A stretch of DNA of 64,000 nucleotides, taken from NCBI GenBank assembly GCA_040954595.2, contig CM082594.2:8439573-8503572 (forward strand). The letters are read 5' to 3'. The translations under genes and the position numbers were made by a program. This DNA comes from Balanoglossus misakiensis (taxonomy: Eukaryota > Animalia > Hemichordata). Positions 11,001-25,087 of this stretch are shown here, piece after piece; within the stretch, counting starts at the first letter, position 1, and every line of letters begins with the position of its first letter. The notes beneath the pieces are model-generated. The model was not told where the DNA came from. It worked only from the letters and a program-made list of their open reading frames with translations, and made no database searches.

Positions 11001-14000
11001 GTTATCGGGGAGAGCAAACGACCACACATGGAATTAGTTGCCTTCTACGGGCAGGTATAAGTTAATGCTGAGTGTGATGGGGGCTAGATATACGATAAAA
11101 ATTTAACCCGGAGCTTACTTAATAGACATGAGGTTGTACCGGTGGGAATTTCATGTTTTGTTACGGAGTTGACACATCTCTGTCTACGATCTAAAGTCTT
11201 GCCCATGTTGGTGTAATTAGCTGAGGGATTGAAAAGTCGTATCCATTACTAATTAGTATTCCAAGCCAAAACACCGGCTCATTCCTAATTGGATTTCCAG
11301 TATTGTAAACCAAATAACAGTTGTTGCAAAGTATCAAAGACATGTATGCCGCCATTGTCCCCGCCTTGTTTGAAGCCGTGTAGATACATTTTGGGAGGAA
11401 AAATAAACACGATCAAAATGACCTGGCGGGGAGATTCACAGTTATTGATCGCGATCCCAGAAAAGCCGTCTTTCTTTCTATTATCATATCACAGGACTTT
11501 TCAGTAAGACAAAAAACCCGGACGCGCACGCAGGAAGACATAGACGCGCCATCAAAGGTACGCAACCGGCACAACACGGATTATCGATCTGTTGGTACTA
11601 CACTGACATTCCGACGTATTTTTTCAAAGCGTAACTATCACTAATTACCAGGGTTCAAACAGAAAGCCCGTTCAGGGGTCGAACAAAAGAAGACACAAGA
11701 AATCTTAACGTAGTCTTTCATATTCCCTTGCCTTTTTGGCGGCAGGCCCTTTGCCTTTGAAAAAAAAGGTGTCGCTGACAACTAAATCATGCATAATAAT
11801 GTCGGACAAGTTTCCAGAAGCGGTGCCGGGTTGTCTCCACGATACCGAATTTGCAAACGCGAGGATCCCAAAATTCGATAAATGACGTCTCCCTGTCCGT
11901 CTTCAATCATGATGACGTAGGTTGTGCGACAGAAAAACGCGAATAATGCAATCTTGAATATCGCAACAATCTTGTCTGAAACAGACCCTGTACATTTTTT
12001 ATCAGTTGCTCGGAATGTGATAAGGATCCAACGAATACTATTTATAAACTATAAAAGGACAAGGAAAATGGTTTCGTCTTGGTATGAGAAAGAAAATTGC
12101 ACTGTTCGAATATCTCCAGTTTTCGTATGAATGTCAGACGTGTTAATGTTTTGTTGAAGAATGTCTTCGAATCTCGCCCGCTGGACGTCGGTGAAAAGAG
12201 ACGCGCATAGAGTGTCTCCCCGGCTACAATAGAATTACAGGATGGCACATATCAAGTGTCAGTCGTAACAATAACCGAAGCGTTTATCATCAATTCACAC
12301 GAAGCCTAAAATGATGGCACCGGTGACGTAGCCGATGACGTCACGGCGAGGGCGAGACGAGTCTGGCGTGACGGATAGCACTGTCATTTCCAAAGTGACA
12401 CCAGTTAGGGGGGAGTTCGCGTTGATACCAATATAGCCGGGACGATTTGGAACGCGGGTAGCGGTGTCACACTCGTCAAGAAGTTTGAACTCCGTGTCGG
12501 CCCCCGGGTCACCGTGATTGGAAGTGGCACTAGTCGCTTTACGGTATCTTTGACTCGGATCTGGGATCACCGAGAGAGCTAGCCAAGCATGCAACGATAA
12601 ATTTTCGGGCAAAATCTCCGTGAAAGCAATATTAGATGAGTGCTAATGGGATTCACCCGAGCGAATCATCTACTGGCTTAGTGTAAGACGAAGACGAGTC
12701 GTGCCTGGGATTGCCCGTCTTGGTGTACTCGCCATTAACACAGACTACATCAATTACCCAGGGATAAATGAACATCCGATTCGCAAACTCCACATCCTTA
12801 AAAACACATTTGAAAGTAATCCCAAGTTATTTAGCTGTATTTTACTGCGATAATCCAGATTCCATTTTGTGTCATTTTGTAGTAAACGTTTTTACCGCAT
12901 TTGACTACAATCATCACGGAGATAAGTGGAGTCGGCAAAGATGGCTTTATAATAAGACATTTTACAATTGAATCTCATTACCCGCCGCCGAAACTTTCCA
13001 TTCTTCTCGTTTTGGGCTTTTGGAAGCGAGACGCCATCTTTGTTGTTTGTTTCAATGCAAGTTTCAATTGTGGTCCCGTGATTTACACTCAATTGTAATT
13101 CTTTTATTTTGTACAGATGTAGTGGTGCAGGTGTTAGTCGGCCATTCCCACACACATTCGGGGTCTCCTGTCATCTGCCCAATCATTTGTCCCTTCCACC
13201 GAAGCTTTTACGCTAAATGGAACTTGTAATTAGCCATTATACGCTGTGATTTCTCCCCCCTACACGATGACCCTAATTAGCTGAACCTAAGAATTGCTTC
13301 ACTACTTTTCGTCTCAATGGTGTGTCTCAGACACGCTAGCCCCTCGATTTCCTTCTGCTTCCTTCTATTTGCGCTAAACGTCCGCTCCACTCATTCCCCA
13401 GTAAAGTCACAGTGTTATTTGGCGTTCCGGTTAAAAACTGTCTCAGACAGCTATCAACACGTCAGCGCAATGCTGACGGTGTACTGGTGTCTCGCGCCGG
13501 CCATGATTGCCCCATTTGCGCGTGCATACCATAGATAAATATATAATAACTTCTGGTATGGCCCATTTTCCACGTTTCGAGCGTAAAAGATACGCTGTCT
13601 TGATAAACATCAAAGATGCATTCTCCATTGTTCAGGGAAGGGCTGCATCACTCTACACACAGAGCTGATCCTGCAACCTGGAACATGATACAACGGATTT
13701 CTCCACTAACCGGGAAACAACGGGGATTTCGAAGAGTGATAAAATAGAAAGAAGGAAAAAGCATACATAGGCTAAGTTACTGGCTAGATAATTTATTTTC
13801 AGATCGCGAGATCCTTGCGATATACAAGAGTACTTCCAAAGAATATATTTGTATCTTTGCATTGCTTCAAATTGTTCTAATTACCCCAGACCAATATGAA
13901 CAGCCCCATCGCTATATTCCACAGAACTGCACAACTTTTTGTTACCAGTAAAATAACTTGGTGCCTGCGCAAATGAAAAAAGTTTGCGATGGCAAAAAAA

Positions 14001-17000
14001 ACCGGCATAGAAAGTTCGGGCACCATGCGGGCGCGTCATCATTATGATGCATGAGCCGGGATGGCCAATGGGTCAGAGATCTGGAAGCATTGTTCTGTGT
14101 TTATTTACAATCACAGTAATTACATACTTAAAATTTACACATGCCCTTTCTATTCTTTGTTCTAATTTACTGCGTTAGTCCTAACGTATTCGCACCTTTG
14201 TTTTTTTTTTCCCGCCCGAGAAGAGATTATTCGAACCGTACCATAAAAATATATCGGGGGGGGGGGGGGGTATGACTCTTCACTCATCCGGGACATCTAC
14301 AGAACCACTGGAAGACACATGAGACAGTGACAACGAACATCTTAACTGTTTAGCCACTATCAAAGAGCCGGTGATTTTCAACTTGACAAAATGGCCAATT
14401 CAACGAGGAATTGCCCGTGGCCAATACTGGAATATGAAGCTATCTCGGTTTTTAATTTTGTGGTTTTGTGCAGATTGAATGTGCAATTTTTTGCCGATGG
14501 CCTTAAGAGCAATTGAAATCTAATTCAAATGGTAATTCTATTTTTCGAATTAAGTTCATGAAAAGCAGTTAGGGCTGTATGTCGTTTATTTTTCAAAGCG
14601 GGCACAGTTGGCATAAACCCACAAAAATCGGGCGTTGGCCGATTTCAAGTGGTATCGTCTTCTTGTATCTATATCATCTACAGCCAGAAAAGGCACTCAG
14701 ATGATTTCGTGAACAGAAAACACTTTCATTTATCCCAAAACCAAACCAAGCAAAGAAAACCCATCCCTAGGGCCTAAATGCGCAGACCCATCGCATCGGG
14801 CTACCGCGGATGGCTTTATTCTGCTTATTCCAGTATCAATTATTCAGCACTGCATTTGTGGATGCGCGGGAAAAGTACATGCACCCAGCAAAGCCTGGTC
14901 GCGTCTCTATGGTGACTCTGGGATCCAGAGCAAGCAGTTGATCCAGAGTCTATACCAGGTCGTATATTTCGGATTGAGGGGATGACTGCTCAATATCCCC
15001 GCCCACGCACGTTACGCAGTCCAGCATATTTCTCGTAATAGTTTTATAATCATTTGGATGCCAACATTCGAATGATTATATTTAGTCACCAACCAGAGAG
15101 ACATGATGTCAGATTATTGCACTTACAGGATAATGGTCTACATTTGGCGCCAAAATTGCTTCATGTCCGGATCGGCGGATCCTGGTTGGCTTACACGGGG
15201 TAATCGTGGCATAGTGTCTACATTCTGATTGGCTAAGACGTGTTCGTCATAGAAAGTATCTATCATCTTGACTGGCTTGAGAGCATCGATTGCTGTAAAC
15301 GTGATTCGCCAGAATCGTTTCGACTTGACCGGACTTAGTAGAGTGTGTCATTGCTTGATTCAATCTCAGCCGTGAGATTAACGTTCATTCTCCATTGTCG
15401 ATAAATATATTGTATACTTCAACGAATGAAAGTGAAGTTCAAGTTGGTCCTTGTATCTGCCTCCTTTTGTGAAGAAGTGCGTACACCAAATTCGTGTCAG
15501 CACGTGAATTGTTCGTTGGTGTGAAATCTTTTCGTGTTGCATCTCATTTAAATGTCGTCTTTCTTTCTAATGTTCCAGCCTCCATTTCTCAAATCCGCAC
15601 GAGGTGAATTTTCCTCCGTCTTGCCACCATGACAACGACTGCGCGCTTCTCCGGGGTTTCGTCTTCTAACGATGCCTAAACCTTACAGTGGCATTTCATG
15701 CCGAATAAAATAATTACATGCTGTACTGTCTTGAAATAACGGCCGCTATTATTGCGTTGTATCGCTTTAACAATCATAATTTGATTAGGTTAGCTTCGGA
15801 AGCTGTGTGCATTCATCGGCGTTATCACTAGAGTAGAACTTGGGTTCCCGGTCGGGACGCTAAGGATTGAATCTCGGTAGAGATAACACAATTTTCTTGT
15901 CTGGTCAGTTTTTTTACACATATCGAGGAAAGTCTCCACTCATTTGTACGTTAACGCATTCACGGAGAATTTATTGGATTAGGCCCTATAAGTTTGTCTT
16001 GGTCGATACTAGAAAATCCCATATTCTCCTACCTCTTGCTTATGTCACCGCTTAGATACTTGGCAGCTTTTACGGCACATGGTTTACGACGTCTGCTATC
16101 GAGCTATCTGCTGGTTACAAATCCATGGTAGAAGCTCTCGTATTTTAAAAACAATCCTGGAGGGGGAGGGAAGTCCATGGACGTTACAGCAGGGTGGGGA
16201 AGTCTTTAATTGCGTCTTAGCGTCATTAGCTCTTGGGGGTAGGTGGTAGACTATACCTACGCGTTAATTTATTAACTCTGTTGCGTATTAGTGAACTGGG
16301 GCGAATTCCTGCCGAGCCAGACACACGTTACGTTACGCGAATCAACTGACAACAAATGAACATATATCATTCCTGTCTTCCGTCATCCACCCTGGGGAAG
16401 GTCACGTGACAGCCCCTTCGTTTGTACCCGAGCGTCGTCTCAGTGTTGGCTCCATTTTTTTCTCTCTCGTTCACCCTGTGTTGTTTTCTGACGTTTTTAC
16501 GGCTAGTAAACACTGCGGAGAAGCACTTGAGGTCTTGTTGGTATCTTTACGGTTAAATGTCCTGCCTTATCGTGCTCTCACAGCCGAGTAGATTTGAAAG
16601 TCTCCATTGGAGCATACAGAATTACAGCTTAAAGCTTTTAACGGCTAGCCTGGCTATGAGTCCGAGTGCTTTTCAATCGCTCCCTGACTATGCTAGACGT
16701 CATGCATAATTATGCCGACTAAATGGAAATTACCAATATTTCAGAAGCCCGAAATGGATTCAGTAACCCCCCTTGTACGGGCACTGCCCACGTTCTATTT
16801 ACTAGCTTATTGACATTTATGCTGTAATGTTCCTAACAACCGCATATATCCGGCATTTCAAATGATATGCATACAATTTTAGTCCCGTCCTGTGTCTGTC
16901 AATCTTGCAGGAAGTCGGGAGTGCTTCTGACATACTGTAAAGTCTGTATATTTTATTAGTGCGCCGTCTTTATTCTGATCCATGTTTTCGCATTCCCGTC

Positions 17001-20000
17001 TGACTTCCCACTCATCCACAGCATCCATCTACGAGAGTTAGTTTCCTAGCAACAAATTACCGAAACGTAAATTATCAAAACTGTTGAAGCCGGCGCGTCG
17101 CATCATACAGTCACGTTCCGTTCCCTCTGTATTGACTATCAAAAGAAGTCGCGGTTGAAATGAAACTTTGGATTAAAAAAAATCACGAGCGTGAATGGCA
17201 AAGATTTGGCCGCAAACTTATTTTCTTGGGTGATGAATTGAAAAACCAGAACATAAATCTTGATATTATGAGGCCAAAATCAGAGATTAGACTTTCCATT
17301 CGTCGGACAGGCATTAAATTTTAAATTGTTATTTGCACGAGGGTGAATGACTACAGATAACGGACAAAGTGGCAACGATAAAAAAATTGTGAATCGGCAG
17401 TGTAATTAGCTCAACACTATTATACAGAGACATGACTTCTGGATTCGAGCTGAATGAGACGGACATAGGTAAATCAGATTTCAGACTCAATGAAAGCTAT
17501 CCTAACATGGGCGAACAATAGAGAGAGAAGTTGGAGCTAATTTTGTAACTACCATTTACTAATCCATGTAAATAGCATTGGGGACTTGATGGTAAGGAGA
17601 TCTTACGATCAATGGGTTGATAATATTCCTCTCAATCAGGCCTGTGTGTCTGAATTCCATCCCATTATCAAATGATATGAAAACGGGGGGTTTGCAGCTC
17701 TTGTATAATCGGCAACAAATAAATATTGCATGGGTTTGCATATTAAAACGTTCGGCTTTAGCGAGCCTGGAGCAGAATTAGTGCTCCGTAAAATTGTCTT
17801 CGGTGTTGTTGACGACAGTGGAGGCTTAGAGCTGACAAAACTCTTATGCATCGGCTTGGAAACTAAGGGATAATATCTCTCACAGCTATAGAAATAACGC
17901 GCAGCAAGATAAGCATAATATGCTAAATGCATAGTCAATGAAGACGCGTAGTCCCTTAATCCGACAGAGATTGACCCGGAAAACGGCAGATGATGACTAA
18001 TCGAGCTGAAAATATCAGAATAGCATCGCAGATTTACCTGTCATGATTCAGTGCCTAAATCTCCTGATTTGGTTTCCAAAATGGCGCGTATCTCAAAGCA
18101 AGAATAGAATTATCTACAAATCGCCTCCACAATAGAACACTTTATGACTTCCTCGTGGATTTTTATACAACTCGGGGAAAAAAATGAACTTCGTGCGCGT
18201 TAAATCGTAAGCCGTTCTGTAAAGCACATTGTGGAGTCGTAGTCTGACTGTTCATCTGTAGGATCATCGCTCGCCGCACGCTATAGACGATTCGTTTTAA
18301 TTGAAAGTATCACTGCCCATCGCTTAACTGAAATAACGATTAATTTGGGGGCCAAAACGAGCCTCTTCGATGTTTTTTAGTCACGACGGGGAAAATTTGA
18401 TGTTGGATCACCGATGCTACAATCATGTCGAGCTTTTTGTTAAACATTCGTTCCTTTGATAATGTATCATTTGGTAATTACAAACCATGGAAACTTCGCT
18501 CATTTGGAAAAGAATGGCGTTATTGAAAAAGAAGCGATGTATTCGTGGTCGTTATATTGCTGGAAACAATCTTGACAAGTTCAGACGAGAAATCTTCCCT
18601 GGAATCGCGTTTTAATTGACATCGTAGTTGTATGAAATTGGCAAAATAACTCACTTTGCGGCAACTACAACAACGGGGAAATGATGATGTTAGTATAGTC
18701 TATCGGGCTCATCTCAAGCTAATTACCTCTGCCGTGAGTCAACCTGAACCGGTCTCCAAGACAGTGGAATTTTAATTTGCACCGACGAAACATGTTTTAG
18801 TAGTCCGAAAATGTTTTGTTTGAGACTTCGGATGGATGTATTCAACGTCGTGCTATGGCTAATTGCCGGTGTATTTCTACTGGGAAGAGTCATCGATGCT
18901 TGGAAGGACGGGCGAGGAACGACGGAACCGAAAATGAGCTGGCAACAGTTATCTATACTGTTACAGTTGACATTGAGGCCGTGTGTATAGTGCCCCACCC
19001 ACCGCACAGATAAGATGCCCGCCTATAGATCATTGATGAATTAACCCAACAAAAACAATGTGCAACAACACAGTGATTTGGCACCCATCTCCAGCGATAA
19101 GGACCTCGCCTGTTTATTTGCACTCCACTCAAATAAGCTAGTTTAGACATGGATGTTGAGTGTCTTCTATCAGTTGCTAACATACTAGTCTTCATCGCGT
19201 GACCACTCGGGACACGGGACTTGTCGATTGTACTGTTTGGCTGTAAACTACATGTACATACAGGTGTGCCTGTGAATGCAGTAATGATACAATCCCAAGT
19301 CTGTATCGACAATTCTTTTCTATCGACCATTAAAAGGTCGCTAAATCTGATTGTCATTTACCCCTATTCACCGTCTTTGGCCACTTGAAACTGCCGCTTT
19401 CAAGGCGATTACACGCTATAGAATGGACCACGCATAAAACAAATCATTTGTCTAAATACATGTACACACATTCGCTGAACACACGTTTTGTAATGTCATC
19501 ATCATAACATTTTAGTGCGTGATTCAGGGTTTTTTTGGTCAGATTTCGGGCGGGCGGGCTCTCTGAAAGTAGATTGAATTCCCAGTAATGGAGGCGTTTG
19601 CACGTGTAGTGCTAAGTCTTGCCTGAAGATCTTGCCATTAATGCAAATCTGCGGCGTTCTTTTTTTTGGGATCCCACACTTGAAGATGATTAAAACCCCG
19701 TGGGTGTGGATTGGAACTTGCCTATTTTCTGTTATCACCTAACAATTCAGCCCCGGCACTGGTCTCCATATCAATGCGCGTCTTGTTGGCCCTTTCTTGT
19801 TCTAATTGACCTCCATTGTCGATTTCACAGTTTCACATTGATGACGGTGCGGATGGCCCTATGCAATCTCCATGTCTTCCCTTGTAGGCGCTGTCAATGA
19901 AGACAATGCGGGCTTTCACTTCTCTGTTTAGCCGCCTTTCATCCTACCAGTCATTCATTTCTTATAGCATTCGCTCCCTATTATCGACAAAGTTTATTGA

Positions 20001-23000
20001 TTATGTGATTGTGGGGGGAAAACAACTTTTGTCAACCTTGAAAGGATGGAATTTAAACATGTTAAATGCTCCTAATAACACATTGTACTGTCACAGTTGC
20101 GGGTAAACATTTGTGTGGGTTTCCACATCGTCCAATAGTGGTGCATTAAGTTAATACCACAACACGGACAATGACTTAGGGTCCACCTTCCCTTCGATTG
20201 GCGCTTAGTCTTGGAGAGATTGACGATTTCGATTGCAATCGTTGAAATTCCAACGAAGAAAAGGTGCATAGATTTTCTGTCAAGAAGAGAAGGGAAGGAA
20301 TTCGAGGGAAATTGAAGCTGTCGCTGACTGTTAGCTTATTTGTTGCAGCCCGTGGTACATTGCATTCCTGTGACCTGTGTACACTGGTAAAAATACTGCG
20401 CACGTATGTCGTGATAAACTAACAAACACGAATAACTTGTTATGTGAGAAGGTAAACCCGTAGACAGTAGAGGGGGGACTATAAGGACTGGCTTGTCGTG
20501 ACTCAGCGAACTACGCCATCTTCACGCACGCGATACCGGTATTGTAAAAAAGTCAATAAGTCTGAAACAACACGAAAATAGAACGGTTTCAACCGCAGCC
20601 GCAACAACAAAAACATGTTTATGTCAAAGGTGATATTAAATAAGCTTGGACATTGATCGTTTGGACCAATTGGCGAGAATTCCTATATCTTGTCGCGTCT
20701 CCATTTGATTCAACGTGTTTTGATAGCTTCAAGGAAGCTATTCACAATAGCTGTAGCAAAGGTGTTTTAAAATAACTATGTTCAAGAAATCTACTTTATC
20801 CGATATTGAGTTCGGTATTGGCGCTATTATCGACAATATCGTCTGGCGTATATGTTAGAAGGAGGGGGGTAGCAGAGATGGGTATGTCTCCGAAAAGTTA
20901 TTCGACGCACTCCAGTTCTAATGAGTACGCATGCGTGCCATCTGCAGGTATATCGGCAACAGGTCGCCGCAAAAAATTATCCTAATTGGTAATAAAATAG
21001 GGCCGATATAAAAGGGCCATAAACGATAATGCATGTGTAGATTATACCCCCTAACGTGGAAACATTTTATCAGTTTATCGCGACGGGAGGAAAAAATCGC
21101 CGAGGTTCTGTTAGTTTAGGGGCGAGTATTATACCAGCAGTAGGCCGCAATAAGTTCTCTAATTAAGTTGTGAACATTGAGCTAGGCGTGGAATATTCCT
21201 TTATAGTGTACGTTTTATCGTTGTCAAGTCATGCTCTGTCTTGTACGAGTCAATATAACTCGAGCATCTAATCTAGCCCTCTCACTTGTCACATCATAGT
21301 CCCTGTGACACCCTTCATCACTTTCTTAGAAAAAAAACTCAAGATGCTTGGAAAACTACAATGCACGTCTTTTATCTTCTGGCTGTCACTCGTTGTTTGA
21401 TTAATACTATTGTGTTGGACCACAAAGATGAACATGGACCATACTGTTTTAACATTATTTAAACAATTCAAACTAGGCTGTGTTTTCCTCAGTCGATAAA
21501 TATTCAATGAGAAGACACGGGCTCACAAGCCCCCCATCCTGTTTCTTATTCACGCAGACACTTGAGGAGAAAATGGCAAGAGAATGAAGATCCTGACTCC
21601 CACGGATCGACTTTTAGAAATCCGTCAAAGCTCCGCGCGCTTCTCTCTAAGTTCGCTTAACGTGGCGTGATCACTTGAAAGCACCTCTTGGGAGGAGTGA
21701 TGATAAATTTTTCAAGGAAAGTGGAACTTGTTGGTTTTAAGCTCTGATTGGCGCAGCAACCCAGAGGGGACAATGGTTTGTGTTCCTTTGCCACGTTCAG
21801 CGCGCATTTTCTCGGGCGAAATTAATCCACATTTACCATCGATTTCGTTCATGATAATACTACCTTGGCGACAACGGATTGTTTTGCGCTCCAATCCATC
21901 ATGGCCGACTAAAATTTGTATTGTTTTGCTATATTTATATTTCTATATTCCTATCAAATTTGCCTGATACACTTACCAAGTAGTGGATTAAGAAAATATG
22001 CTTCAAGTACTCCGGAAGCAATTTATTCCAAGTCGATATATCTGATGATGAACACGCAAAGGAACCTTGACATACGCTTGTTTCAAGATAATATCTCTAA
22101 ATTGCTTCTTTCGAATTACAATTTAAATTATTAACGTCTAGTCTTGCATCTCTTTGCCTGTACACATTTTCTTGAAGTTGGTCGTAAAAACATGAAAACA
22201 TGAATATTTATATAGACTTCGCCTTTTCTAATTTTGTCCGCCTCCTGCAATTTTGAAATACAGGAGTGGGCCTAGTCAATTAGCAGAACATGTTTGTTCT
22301 CCTCAGAGAAAGAAATAATGATATTTGGGGAAACCACGCGTTTGTCGTTTCCGCAAATTAATGCTTGACCTCAGCTGGGGACATTAGTTTTGACAAACAC
22401 ACATGTAGTATTACAGAAGAGGTACATAGTAGTATTCCAGTCAACATCCGGGTATGTTGACAGGCATGATTTAGGTTCCCAAAAAATTGGTGATGCTTAG
22501 GCGCCACAGAAAATAGAACAAACTGAAGTGGTTATCGGAATTCCACAGTTGTTTTGTACCAACATGTGTTTCAACAATCCTAATTATATCATATTGTCGA
22601 CCCCACTAAATGATTTATTTTTTGTTTCCTAACTAAATCGCCAGGTCGTTATGATGTTTTTGCACTCCAAAAGTTCTCTTAGTGCGTCCGACCAGGATAC
22701 CTGTTAACTAGAGATCGTGGCCTGGACTTTAGATTGCCAAATACAACGACAGTTATGAAAAATGGGCCTGGGGTTTAGTTCGTACGCCAAATGTCACTGG
22801 GGTCTCGTGAGTATTAGAAAGAAACTTCGTAGTAAGAAACGTGTGTTGTAAAAATGCAAACGTACTTTCTTATTACATTATTACACGTACACATGGAAGA
22901 AAGTGAGAATATAATTTATTTTGGAGGCTGTCTTTCCGGGTTGTTTTAAGCGCACGCATTCAAGAAGGCTCATTTAAAAAAACAATCCGCCACCCGTTGA

Positions 23001-23125
23001 AAATATTAAATGAAAAGACAATCTTTTATCGACGAAATATCAGCGGGTTACAGGTCCCCCGTGGTCACAAGTTGGGTCATTTTTGCAAACAACGAGCATG
23101 CGCACTAGCGTTTGTTGTGTCCAAT

Positions 23126-23258
23126 ATGGCGGAAGATGGCCAGTTGGAGTTCAGCGAGCGTGCCATTAGGGATTTTCTAGTAAAAAACGGGGGAAAAGTA
23201 AAAAACGAAGAGCTGGTGAAGACGTTTAAACCGTATTTGAGTGATCCTGATAATAAAG
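23126..23258 (+). CDS. Sowah: Sowah (sosondowah ankyrin-repeat protein) coding exon 1 (MAEDGQLEFSERAIRDFLVKNGGKVKNEELVKTFKPYLSDPDNK)
   Basis: ATG in context aatATGG; matches the Sowah N-terminal pattern FS..AI..FL...GGKV.N..L...FK..L. Donor G|gtaaac, 133 nt, phase 1. Position next to Irx supports the call. Confidence 0.9.
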
Positions 23259-24174
23259 GTAAACGCATTATCCGTGAATTGCAACGTATCACGTCGTGCA
23301 TTGCACTGACACGACCTCGACAGGACTACCCAGTACAGTACATGTAAATGCATGTAAGTTTACATGGATGTACATTTCAGTGTACAGCAGAATTTAAATG
23401 GAAGGGTGGACAGCAGTGGGCGCCTTTGTTAGTTTTTGAGTCGTGGTTCTAGTATATTTAAGAGTTAACATTTTCCCGTTGGTTGAATGATAATAATATC
23501 TAGTGTAGTGTGATACTCGAGTTCAATAGCTTCACAACAGGGACGCCTGTACCATGCCTGTACATAGTGAAATGCTATCATTATGGAACCCTATTACGTT
23601 ACAATGACGTTTTGATAATAATGGAATATACGACACGGGGTGTGTCTAAATTATGTTGTTGTTGCTGAGTACGTTTGATTGTAGGATAATATATGTACAA
23701 CTAAAAACAATACTATATACAAGAGGAACGAATTTGTTTGGATAATACCAGCTTCATCAGTCATTGATTGATTTCAGTGATGTTTATTCATAATGAGACT
23801 GACCAATTCATAAATGAAACTCTACTTGCTGAAGAAACTATACTCATATAAAAGCAATCCATCTATTCACTCTAAAGCAATTACAAGATTTTTTATCTGA
23901 CATACTCCATCAGTGAGTAGTTATTAACTGTCTGTGACCATTAAGTCTCTGTAAATGTACAGATGTTTATGAAATATGATCTGGAATGACTTTATAATTT
24001 ACATAGAATTCTGTTGTACATTTATAATGTAATAATAAAACAGACTACAAAATACACACAATACAATGTACATACACATGCAACTCTTGTGAACAGGATA
24101 GGTTCATCACAGTTTCCTCAATTCATAATGCAGTTCATAAAATTAAAGGTCGGGAAAAAGTTTCCCCTCCATCA

Positions 24175-24281
24175 AAAAAAATAGAAAAAAATAGTGGGAG
24201 ACTCCTTGAACTTGACCAGGACTTGAACCTGGAACCCCAAGTGTCAGGGTTCTCCCCTCTCACCATTACTCTACAAGATTT
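24175..24281 (-). mobile_element. tRNA-derived SINE head or degenerate tRNA pseudogene
   Basis: Minus strand has A-box-like TAGAGTAATGG (24273-24263) and B box GGTTCAAGTCC (24229-24219), 44 nt apart as in tRNAs, followed by T-runs. Cloverleaf stems pair poorly. Confidence 0.55.
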
Positions 24282-24376
24282 CTTGTAAGAAAAGTTGCAT
24301 ATCTCATTTGAATATCAACAATAATTTTGAAGCGACACAATGTGCATACTCACAGAAATACATGTATATGTTTATG

Positions 24377-24469
24377 TACATACATACATACATACATACA
24401 TACATACATACATACATACATACACACATACATACATACATACATACATACATACATACATACATACAT

Positions 24470-24502
<33 letters not shown>
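24377..24502. repeat. (TACA)n then (CA)n microsatellite
   Basis: Seen directly; explains the YIHT/MYVC ORFs. Confidence 0.97.
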
Positions 24503-25025
24503 GAGCACCTGGTAACAGTTACGCCGGTTGAATTGCATTGTTGTTAAGTTGTCTTAAACTTTGTAAGCCCAAGACAGACTGTGAGATTGGATTTAATATG
24601 TCTAAGAGTCACATGAGTGTGTTGATGCAGTACAGTTGTCGTAAATGTCAAGCAATAAGAATATTAATATGAGCAGGGTCAGCCTTTATGAATTATCAGA
24701 ACATTTTAAAATTCCAGTGAGACGTCAACTTACAGTGTTCAACATGTTATTTAGTTTTGCTAGTCCCAAGGTGGCAATTTGTATTCTGTGTGAAATTATT
24801 GTATACTTTGTAGTGTACGGTATATTTTTATGTTCATGTACTGTATTACAGCAATGTACATCTGGAGCACATAGCACAATATAACTGTTTGTTGAACTGA
24901 ATAAATTGTTAAAAATTATGTAAAATGATTTTGGCACCTTGTGAAAAATATCAGAAGGCCTCAGTTGCTCAGTATATACAGTGTCTGTTATTTACCTGTT
25001 TCATATTTTTGTTTCCTTCATTCAG

Positions 25026-25087
25026 CGAGAAATCGAGAAAAATTCAAGGAGTATGTGAACAGAGTTGCTACTATAAAGACAGAGGAG
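25026..25087 (+). CDS. Sowah: Sowah coding exon 2 (ARNREKFKEYVNRVATIKTEE)
   Basis: Acceptor tttccttcattcag, donor GAG|gtaagt, 62 nt, phase 1-0. R..FK..VN.VA is a conserved Sowah N-terminal motif. Confidence 0.9.

Noticed and set aside
12295-12612. 105-aa minus-strand ORF as a third gene
   Set aside because: Non-ATG start, no domain, no partner exons; high GC explains the open frame.
22440-22461. Small hairpins (GTCAACAT-6 nt-ATGTTGAC; also near 19384 and 47764)
   Set aside because: Stems of 7-8 bp are expected by chance; no miRNA-length precursor is visible.
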